DNA from: Haliotis rubra
Taxonomy: Eukaryota
Assembly: GCF_003918875.1 (NCBI RefSeq)
Contig: NW_025766962.1
Span: forward strand, 1,116,001 to 1,180,000
DNA: 64,000 nucleotides
Direction: 5' to 3'
This document shows positions 11,990 through 22,424 of the stretch, piece after piece. The position numbers were made by a program, and so were the translations under genes. A model generated the notes under the pieces. That model had not been told where the DNA came from and did no database searches. It saw only the letters and a list, made by a program, of their open reading frames with translations. How positions within the stretch are numbered: position 1 is the stretch's first letter; each line of letters starts with the position of its first letter.

Positions 11990-12856
11990 ACATATTTGAT
12001 GTAAAAAGATATTCTATTCTTCATATGGCGCAGAAATTTGGGGTTTACATACACTTGGAAAATTAGAAATGGTACATTTGTATGCCTCTACAAAGTTTTT
12101 GGGTGTTAAACAAAACACTCCAAATATCATGATCTATGTAGAATGTGGCAGGTTTCCTTAATATCTATATATACTCTTATTGGAAAGCAATTCGGTATTG
12201 GATACATTTATTAAACATGCCAACCTATCGCTTACCCAAAAAATGTTATAGAAAGATGCTTTTATATGATAGAAATGGACAAAAAACTGTATGACTGATA
12301 TAAAACAATTATTATTTTCTACTGGATTGGGATATATTTGGCATAACCAAGAAATTGGAACACATCCGGAATTCATCAAATCATTTACTCAAAGACTAAA
12401 AGATATGTATTTTCAAAACTGGCAAAAAAGATTATCTACTTCAAGCAATATCCATACCGAATTCTATCTGTCATGTTTAAATGTAAAAAAGCATAGGGTA
12501 AGTTTAAGATGCTCATCTCATGAACTTTTAATTGAGAAAGGTAGATATGTAAATACGAACAGAGAACATAGAACTTGTCAGTTATGTTATTCAAATGCAA
12601 TTGAAGACGAGTATCATTTTCCTCTTGTAGGCCCTAACAACAATAATCTTCTAAGCAAATATATATATGCCCATCAAAACAGGCTTAAGTTTTCACTACT
12701 TCTAAACAGTTCAAATACTGAAGAAATTGAAAACCTGTCCATGTATATTTTCTACGCATTTGTACATAGAAAAGCGAATTTGTTCATTGAACGTGTATAA
12801 AGCAATTGTACATAGTGTACTATAGGCCTGAGGCCTTTTGAGTACCAGAATAAAAG
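11990..12856 (+). mobile_element. RTE-X-like LINE 3' fragment (degraded ORF2 C-terminus)
   Basis: YGAEIWG..FLGVKQNTPN..ECGRFP, then LRCSSHELLIEKGRY...RTCQLC...EDEYHF; AATAAA at ~12848. Confidence 0.75.
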
Positions 12857-13148
12857 ATTGACCACCAGAGTATAACATTTGGTTTAAAACCATGTCATAA
12901 TAAAATGTATCATCCAATTCAACCTATGCCTTTCCGTATGAGGCGACGTAGCAGATCGATGGTGACTTGGGAACGTTTGTTCTTTTTGTGACTGACCGTG
13001 TTTGTTGTTTAACGCGCCCCTACCTCATGATCATTGAAATAGCCTGTTGAGATTTGATTAATTCTTGTCATATAGCTGACATATTGCGCGATGAGGAGTT
13101 AGCCAAACATTTGTGTCAAACGTTGTGAAATTACCATTCACATTTCAG

Positions 13149-13479
13149 AAAATCTGTTCAGAAGAAGACACATCATTCCTCGGTCATGTTAGGGATGTGG
13201 TATATAGACCAACTGATGATGACACATTCCCTTTGTATGTGAAATCAAGAAACACATACAAAATATGTCTGAAAGGAAAACTGAATATGGTTCAGCTCAA
13301 AGAGGCTATTGAATACAAAGACAGCATTCCTGCAGATCTACAGATGCTGACTCATCATGGCAAACTGATACGGCCATCCACACTGAAGAACGTGCAGCCA
13401 AATGACACAATCCATGTCATTGTAAGGAACAAAGGAGGAACGAAAGGCGCTGAAAAGAAACCATTACTTAAGAAAAAAG
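13149..13479 (+). CDS. Ubiquitin-like domain exon of the SAMD9-like gene (ends ...HVIVRNKGG, then a basic linker)
   Basis: LYVKS..QLKEAIEYKDSIPADLQMLTHHGKLI..DTIHVIVRNKGG aligns by eye with ubiquitin. Acceptor TTTCAG at 13148; the phase-1 donor G|GTGATT at 13479 matches the phase-1 acceptor at 14747. The initiator Met/first exon was not identified. Confidence 0.75.
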
Positions 13480-13643
13480 GTGATTGATGCACTTCTTCAT
13501 GGCTGAAATTTCAAATGCTTTTTCGACCAATGAACTCCAACATAAAATTTGTTTCTGAAATTCCATTTCATTTAAATACCTTTAAACGATTTGGATTTTT
13601 TTCTTATTCAAATGGAATAGATGTAAACGTTGCTTAGAAAGTA

Positions 13644-14527
13644 CGAGGGTCAATCAAAAAGTACCTAGCCTAACTATATTCTCGATGTCCAATGTTTGAA
13701 AAGCTTCCATTATATTTCGAAGGAATCGTTACCAAAGCCATATCCAAACTTGAGTAATGTGTGGGTAATGTGGTTAACCAGATATTTGTCATCACAACAC
13801 ATTGGTGTACAGTATTTCTAACAATATTGCAGAAAATGAAAAACGGTAAGCCCTCAGATAATGCCAGATAAAATATGTTCAGTATAGTATTGGATGACTT
13901 CCCGTCATGATCAACAATCAAAGATTTGGACTGCCTGATTTATACTTTGTCGGGGGCTATCTCTTAAGGACACACCCATTTTAATCTTCAAAAACATTGT
14001 GTCCAGATATTCAAGCTGGCACTTTTTACAATGTATTGTGAGCTGACACTTGAGTGACCATTCAGTATTTAGTTTGAACCCTTGTCATCATGTATGCATA
14101 AGTGAAAACATTAGAATAATGTCCTTATGATTACGTCATCTGAAAGGTAGTGTCTCCAAAACAAGCTCTTTCGGTCAACATGAAGGGGGGTGGGGGTGTC
14201 ACTTAAACCAGCGATTGTATTTTCAAATTGCTTATTTATGAACTTTAATATCTAAGTGTCATTCTAGGGGACTTCTATCAATCTCAAACACACAACATAT
14301 TTCCTGCATATTTTGTTTCCTGAAGTTTTTCATGCATTTATTGTAGATTTTGCGGTTTTTGAGGGTACCAAGGGAAAAGGTCAACCAAAATGGGGATCGT
14401 GAGACTGGAACATAGCAAAACAAAATTGCTTGTGCTTGACAGATAATATGTAGAAAAATAAAACATAAAAATAACTGCATTTGTATCGTTTTCTTGGTGA
14501 TTCTACATACGTTTTGATCGCCCCTCG
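13644..14527. mobile_element. mariner-like non-autonomous element in the SAMD9-like intron
   Basis: TA|CGAGGGTCAATCAAAAAGTAC ... ATACGTTTTGATCGCCCCTCG|TA. Confidence 0.7.
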
Positions 14528-14746
14528 TACATGAAGTTTTCTACAGTTATATATTAATTCTTGCACATTTATATAATGCGAAAGAGTATGGAAAATTAGG
14601 TACTTATTATACATAACAGTTACTACTATTGTCCCTAAATTCACTTTTTGTTAAGTGTCCAATTTGCATATTGGAGGTGTACTGCCGTGACACTTTTATA
14701 TTTAATTCATATATAATATTTTTCACTACTTCTGTTTATGTTAAAG

Positions 14747-17700
14747 GACCAGGCTTGCCCAATACTGCAACAGAGGAAGAGGTCCAGGAGTGGCTATTAC
14801 GCAGCGTGAAAGTACCTAAACAGTTGATTAAGGATGAAGTGAAATACGTAAATGGGGACATGCTCAATGAATACACAGATTCCAATGAAATGAGAGAAGA
14901 ACTTGGACTTCCCATGGGACTTTGTAGGAAAATTCTATATTTGAACACCAAAGAATTTGATGATAAAACATTTGGATTGAGTAGGGAACAACTGGAATCC
15001 TTTACACCAAATCACATATGTGATTTTGCAAGAGATTCTTTTGCGGAAGACAAAAACCTCGGTAAGATTATTGAGGCTATTAAAACTGAACATATTGATG
15101 GTTTTGTAATAATGTTATATGAGAATCATGAAATGCTTGCTAAGGACTTGAATATTAAAAAGGTTTTAGGTAGGAAATTATTACTGTATGTAAAGAAGAG
15201 GATGAAGGATAGCTCAATGACTACCACAACAACAATGCACTTAAATGAAGCAAGTGACACACGACATATTCCATCCCTTGGTTTGAATCAGAGGAAGATT
15301 CCATCAGCAGCTGATACAACAAGAGAACCTTTCGCAGAACTACCTAGTCATACCCCTAATGCTTCTTCAAGTACTTCCTCACCAACTGTGGAAAGTCCTT
15401 CCATTACCTTCATACAGGAACACTTAGGATTAGATATTAAAGAATACGTTGGTGAAGATAATCCGAATGAGTACCAACTACTTGCAATTCACAGTTCCTG
15501 GGAACCAAGTCATGAACTGGCTCAAATGTTTTTATTCTGGATTTTATGCAAAGGAAACGACTTTGAGGACACGTCTAAGAGAAGGAAACTTTGGAGTTTG
15601 ATTGTCCAGAATACATCGACTTGGTTACAAACTTTACCTGATAAAGTACAATCTGATTTCAAGAAAGGGAAAGGTGAATATCAATTTCAGTTCAAAGGAC
15701 GAAAATCGATCCGTCTGAGCCAAGTTGGGGAAAAGATGATCAAATATGAAAACATAACTCTCAAACAAAGAGATCACTACAAAAATCATATTCTTATTTT
15801 GCCTGGAAGTACTGCTCCAGTCCAAGACCATGTGTATAGAATATATGATGGAAATTACCATTTGGAAGCTTCAATAAAGGATATCACAAACAAAATGTTT
15901 TGTATTGACGATACATTGACATGTATCAAACCTTTGAGTTTTGACCCCACTCCCTCAGAAGAAGGTGAACACCAAGAGAAGGATCTTGGTCTAACTTATT
16001 ATGGTGAAATGAAGGAAAAGTATGGAATATCAACACATGTTTCTAAAACAACTGCTAATACAAAAGCCCAGGATGGAGTGTCATTTCAGAGACCAAGGCC
16101 ATTTAAACTGGACAGTCTTTGCACAGTATATTTCAAGGATTATGTTATGGATGTGACAGAAAGTGGAAGTGGAATGATAACACCGTCCTTAGAATTCAAA
16201 TACTTTCGATCAAGTCTTGATACTGGTAACGAAAACAGTCCAATAGAAAAATTTCTCACAGAGACTTTGCGTTTTGCCTGTGGTTGCCTTAACAGACGTC
16301 GAAATGGAACCATCTATTTTGGAATTGCTGATGAGAAACCTGTTGGTGGAATTACACGCAGGCATGGTCAGATAGTGGGGTTCCCCATCATAGAAGTTGA
16401 CATTGACAGTAAAATAAAGTACGCAGATGAACTGAATGAGGCCAAATCAAAATGTTTTGACTCACCATTAGCAAACAGCGCTGCAAAGGAATGTATCAAA
16501 GCACCCGTTTTTGTGAAGGTTGCCCCTTCACCAGACCAGGTTCCATTGTTTGTTATGGAGGTTGACATAGAGCCTGATTCACGTTTTTGCGAAGGCATAA
16601 TTTTCAAACTGGATTTATCGAAAATATGTGGGAAGAAACAGAGACCATTCCTGTTTGTTCGTGATGGACCCGAAACAAAAAAGATTGGTACTGATGCAGA
16701 AGAACTACACTTTGTAGACAAATTGAAGGAATGGGACAATAAGCGCAAATTTGAAGAAGAACGGTCAGTTGATAGACATTGGTCCGATCAAAATGATCAC
16801 AAATATTTGGCTGAAAAACTCTGTCGTAAATTATGCAAAACTAGCAACCAAATTGATTCTTCACTCTGGCCAATTCTAATTTCTAGCAAGCCACCAGATG
16901 CATTAAAGTCATCACTGTTTACTTCTCTTAGTTTCATCTCAAGCATTCCTTGGTGTGCAGTTTTTGATTTTGATGAGGAATCGTTTAGAAATGGGATGTG
17001 CAAGCATTTTTTCAACAGTACACAAACAACTCTAACAAACGGAGACATATTCCGAGATGTTGAGAACAACAACATTTTGAGAGAACGATTAAAACTCCCA
17101 GAAAACAATGTGCTGATATTTTGCAATGGGCGATCTGAATTTCGAATGCCTCACCTCACAAAACATGAGTGGAAAAAAGAATACTCCCCAAACGTTAAAG
17201 GAGCAATAAACTTTTTTCAGCAAAAATCAGTTATTCCACCTGGAAGAACTATTGCGGTGTTTTTACTCTTTGCAACGGATTTTCATGGTTTCTTGGATAT
17301 CTTTGGAGAGATGACAACATTCTTTGGAAGTGAAAACATTGTACTTATTTGTGAAGAAATAGGCGTATTTCAAGAATTTCAACGCATGGCTTTAGTTCAA
17401 GAAATTGTCGAGAAAGAAGACATTGAACGGAATTGTGTTGTTGGCATGACGTGGGAGCAGACCAGTACTTCTATCAACAATCTAATAGGTGTTGACAAAC
17501 AAACTGTAACATCTATACCAACCAGCAGTGGAGCACCTGTAACAGCTGAACTAAAATTTCTAGAAAGCATCGACAGTTTACAACTTTTGAGTTACTCACA
17601 ATGCGAGGACAAAACATTTGAAAAACTATCTGATAGACAAACATTTAGTAGAATGAAGGAATTGAAGTTTTATCAAGGTAACAGGGTTGAGTGGTGGAAT

Positions 17701-20574
17701 TTCTTTTTTGACGGACATGTCATGGAAAGACATTGCTTTCGTAGACTGAAATCTAAAGTTTTTGATGCCCTCAGTGGAGAAAAAGCAGACAAAATATCAA
17801 GAATTGTGCCTATATTTCTTCATCATGAACCGGGTGCAGGCGGTTCAACTTTAGTAAGGCATGTCCTTTGGGAGTTTCACAAGGAGTTCAGATGTGCAAT
17901 CATCACAAAACTGGAGGAAAAGACTGCTTTAGACATACTTTCATTGTGGCGTTATAAAGAAAAGGACATCAAATACGCCAGACCTCTGTTGCTACTTATT
18001 GACTCAATAGTGGAGCAAAAGTTAGAGTTGCATGACATCCATCACCTCGTGACAAAAGAATCTTGGAAAGTTGATAGCCACATGAGATCCCCTATATGTG
18101 TTTTCCTCGTTTGCAAAAGAGATGAAACCCTAAATATGCCTCAGCGAACTCTACGACAAGAGGTATCTGAGAATGAATACCTGCTGCAGAAGGTAGAAGA
18201 CGGTGAAAAAGACTGGTTGACCATGAAGATACAGCAACTAGAAGACACAAGCAGGGATTTGGGTCTCACACATTTCAAAGGAGAATATTTTATTTCCTTC
18301 ATGATTCTACATTCAGACTTTAAACAGGATTTTCTCAGAGATACAATTCGCAGTTTGATGAGCCGAATGGAGTTTGAGGACAAGTCATTCAAGCTGCTGG
18401 CTTATGTTGCCCTTATCATATCATTTGTAAGTCCCCCAAATGGGGGTGCAGCCATAGCGATTCCTGTTGAATGTTGTAGTGAACATATGGGATTTAACTC
18501 CAGGATGAACAACCAGTCCAGAAATCTTTCCCTTTGGGAAAACCATCTTGAAGGCCCTTTAAAAATATTATTGATAATTGAAGCAAAAGAAAATGGCAGC
18601 GGAAAACAGATACGAATGGCTCATCAAAATCTGGCAAAAGCTGTGATAGAATGCATTCAATCTAAATATTTTAAGAATGATCTAGCCAGTATTGCTACTG
18701 CTTTCCTTGACTCAGATCTACTCAAAACTTCTTCCTTTGCCAAAAAATATTTACATCGGCTATGTGTTGAAATGCTCATACGACGAAAAAAGGAAGAATA
18801 TGAAGATGGTGAAAATACAAAGTTCAGTCCACTTATTGAAAGCATTATTAGTGAAACTAAACTGTATTCAAAGGGTGCAAACGTTTTAGTTAAAGGATTT
18901 GAGCTGATGCAAGATGGTTTCATTGCTCATCAACTGGCACGTTTACATCTTCATCACAAAGAATACATTTTGGCCAAAGAGTGGGCACAAAAGGCAGTGG
19001 CACTGGATCCAAAGAGATCCACCTTCTTACACACGTTTGGATGTGTCTACAAACATCACTTTCTGAATCTGAAGTTGTGGGAATCAACAGATAAGAGAAA
19101 ACCAGACGATCCCAGTACGACAGATGCATTAGATATGGCACTAGGTGCATTAGGCCATTTCCAAAACGCAAGCACGTGTGACAAATATGAGAAGAACCTC
19201 TTGGCATATTTCGATACTCTTTCAACAGTCAATTGCATTGCTAGATTTCTCTGTGAAATTGTTAACATTGGCACACCTGATGTTGTTCACAGATATTTGA
19301 CTGAAGACAGTTACTCTCCAGAATCTACTGCATCCTGGGAAAACTACCATTCAAGACTTAAGGCTTTGTATGACACAGCCATGGGTGCAGTCGGTGTGTT
19401 AGATGAACATATTTACTACAGTCAATGTTCTTATGTATCTAAATATAGCCATCAACAAAATGAAGAACACAGAAATTCGAGGATTATTAAGAAACGTCTT
19501 CCTGACTCCTTTCAGGATTTTGTAAAGTTCTTTTGCCAAAGAGAAAACACAAATGATCCACCATCCTATATCAGATCGGATGTACTCATGGACGGATGGC
19601 ATAGAAGGTGTGTTGTGGCTCTGCATGGAAAGAGGCTGGTAGATGTCTTCAAAATTGCCTTCCCTAAAACTGAACAGATACACGAGAGTGTGCACTACAA
19701 GGGGAACGCTAAGAAAAATAGGAAAGGAGAAAAGCCTGTTCCCTCTGATAGCCTATGGAGGATTCAAACACATTTAAAGAGCATAAAAGATAAAAGTGCG
19801 GAAGACTGTTTGACTCTTATAGCTGTTAACCTTGCTCTGGCTGAACTAAAAGCTGCAAAGCAAACAAGTGTTTCAGAACTGTATGGGTATTGTCTTCAGA
19901 TAATACGCACAGAAAGAAGAGGAATCGCGTTAAGCATGGCCTATCTTTATATTGTGATGTTTCTGTGGCCACAGGTGAAACAAGTAGTAGCATATGATCA
20001 CACACTGATGAAGGAGGCTATGAAGTTCTTGTTTGATGAATTCAGAGCAACCAAACAGCGAAAACCAAGAGGTGAAAATGAGTTATTCAAACGAGAAAAC
20101 AATATTTTTCAGAGCATTGCTCTATTCTATTTAGCTAAAGGTAGAGGTCTGTCATCATTTTCCTATCACCTCTCGCCCCTGTTCCTTAAAAGGAAACAAC
20201 AAGAAGAAATGTGGGAAAGCTACCAAGTTAGAGAAAAGCTACAGTTAGTACGAGGCTACACAAGACTAAAACCAAACAGTGGCACAATAAGTGTTATCGT
20301 GGACTTGAAAGACTTTGACATAGATGAAGAGCTAGAATTACGAAATTTCAAATGCAGGCGACCGGAAATGACTGAGAGACCGATTTCATTCTACCTGGGA
20401 TTTTCATTGTCTGGCCCTGTCGTGTGTTACATATGCCCTGAAGAAACGTCTATGGATCAATGGCAACTTGCTTCAGCCTATGTCGATTATTCCGTATTCC
20501 CAGAGGAAAAGCTTCGGCAGTTGCTGAAAGACATAGAGAAAATCAAGGCAAAAAGAATCCGGCGCTCAGAGGAG
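14747..20574 (+). CDS. SAMD9: SAMD9/SAMD9L-like antiviral STAND NTPase, main exon (SAM-SAM-unknown-AlbA2-SIR2-like-P-loop-TPR-OB)
   Basis: AlbA2 motifs PRPF..TESG..LEFK..ETLRFACGCLNRRRNGTIYFGIAD; IPWCAVFDFDEES; degenerate Walker A HHEPGAGGSTLVRHVLWEF; C-terminal ISFYLGFSLSGP. Uninterrupted 5.8-kb frame, acceptor TTAAAG at 14746, donor GAG|GTAAAT at 20574. Confidence 0.93.
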
Positions 20575-20792
20575 GTAAATATGCACTCCATTTACTAATT
20601 AACAATATCATTATTGTTAATACATCCTTCATAAAAGATATACATTCACTATGTGTGATATCATTATGAGAAACTATATTTTTGGAGAGAGATGAGATAG
20701 TTTTATGAACTTTTATTAAACTCTGTGTTGGACGTGTGAATCTACATATGCTGTGATATGTATATGTGGCATCGTATCCCTCCTAATTTCAG

Positions 20793-20870
20793 ACAGACCT
20801 CTTGAAGGACGAAGCAGCAATCAATGAAGCACTATTTAGATATGAATCGGAAGAAGCCATCATTGACTAA
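20793..20870 (+). CDS. SAMD9: SAMD9-like gene terminal exon (TDLLKDEAAINEALFRYESEEAIID*)
   Basis: Acceptor CTAATTTCAG at 20792 in phase 0, matching the donor at 20574; open to TAA at 20870. Confidence 0.7.
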   Translation, partial: TDLLKDEAAINEALFRYESEEAIID

Positions 20871-21037
20871 AACCTGTGACATATAAAACGCCTGGATGAT
20901 ATGAAAAACAGGTTTTGTACTTAATTCCAAGAGTGTGCAGTTTGGTGAGTGAGTGTCTTTAATTCCTCCCTGATAAATAGGAGATATAATGAGGTGAGGC
21001 TGGAAAATGTTTGAGTTAATGAGGTGAAAGGGAGAGT

Positions 21038-21652
21038 TTATGTCTGATGATGTCCAAAATGTCCAACCTTGATCGCAAGTGACTTGTTGTCAAAGTGAAG
21101 TTCATGTCCACCAAGGAGAGCTAGAGTTTGACTCTCAGGGTCCATAGTGTCCAGTGTCACATATGTGTCAGGTCTAAAGACGCCAAGTACGGACTTCCAC
21201 ATGATCTCTCTGCTCAAGAGAACAGATGTAGGGCCAGGTTGTCCAGAGTCACAGTGAGGACACCAGCTTGCAACTATGGGTGTGGCAATCAGGCGAAGCA
21301 AGCGGTAGTATTCACTTCTGTGTTTTGGGTCGTACTTGCTGAGGACCCACAGATAGTGGGGAGAGAAGTAGCTGTGTAGCTGCGAGAACACGTGCAGGTC
21401 AGGGTCGTCGTTAAGTCTATGTCTCGGCGAGTTGGCTTCAAATGTTAGCACTGCTTCCTTAGCGCGATGTTTCCAGGAATGTTTAGAAACTCTCAGACCG
21501 TTGTATGCAGAGTTCAGAAGGTTAGAGATATCGTAATGTCCACAGCCGCGCTGATCTGTGTTGTTCAGGTGGCAGATGGAGAATCGAAAGAGGACAACAG
21601 CTTTAACTGTGCACGGACTTGGATAAGTAACATTTCGGCCAAAGAGGATGAT
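21038..21652 (-). CDS. Orphan 204-codon open frame (unknown protein or terminal exon)
   Basis: Stop-free frame from 21652 to 21038, longer than the ORF-track call; GC content above the flanks; no recognisable motif; no ATG near the 5' end. Confidence 0.35.
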   Translation of the reverse strand: MILFGRNVTYPSPCTVKAVVLFRFSICHLNNTDQRGCGHYDISNLLNSAYNGLRVSKHSWKHRAKEAVLTFEANSPRHRLNDDPDLHVFSQLHSYFSPHYLWVLSKYDPKHRSEYYRLLRLIATPIVASWCPHCDSGQPGPTSVLLSREIMWKSVLGVFRPDTYVTLDTMDPESQTLALLGGHELHFDNKSLAIKVGHFGHHQT

Positions 21653-22424
21653 CTAACTGATTCATTCTTGAGACCAATGTGCGACATGTCATCATTCATT
21701 GTTAACGAAGAGACAATGGATGAAAACCAAAACTGTTGTATTGTTAAAATATGTTAGTCAATTATGCATAATATTTTGAAAACGACTTGATAATGAGTAA
21801 GTGAAATTCGAAAAACTCGTCAGAACTACCGTTTGTGAGCGTTTATTTTCGCAGTCAAAAAATATCATGCACTATGACAATTATTATTGACAGTGACATT
21901 TTGTAATTTAACAAACATTTGGTGTTTATAGATTATCAATTAATATGGGTTTAAACAAACAAGGGCAATGTGTTTATTGCAAGTATATTATCAGTTGTTT
22001 TTTGTGTATATCATAGAATTATAGTCATCGACCTCACACAAAGTTAATGCATTCGGTGTCACTATTCCTCTCAAAATCATTGAGAGATGACAGTGTTTAG
22101 AGTACATTTCGAAAGTGCTCAGTGTAATCATTATTGATATTGTGTTTGCGATAACATCTATAACATCATCATTACTTCGTTATGTAATGTCTTTCTCTTA
22201 TTGAAAATATAAATACTCTGATTCCATTATTGTCAGAGCATCTTGTCTTTAAGTGTCCAATATCAAGAACATTTGTTTCTTAAAGAGCTTAAAGATGTTT
22301 TCGCCATGAAGTACAGTAGCAGCCTAATGCAGTGTCCTACTGGTGTAGAACAATGTAAAGAATTTTCATTAAAAGCAATTTGTAGACAATCACTATTTCA
22401 CACACACACACACACACACATATA

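Noticed and set aside
12291-12800. 169-aa ORF as a host zinc-finger gene
   Set aside because: It is the degraded C-terminus of a LINE ORF2
14629-14746. First 39 codons of the 1989-aa ORF
   Set aside because: TTG start and a T-rich tract ending in an AG acceptor; intronic
20575-20598. VNMHSIY* as the true C-terminus of the SAMD9-like protein
   Set aside because: Begins with donor GTAAAT, and a phase-matched exon follows at 20793
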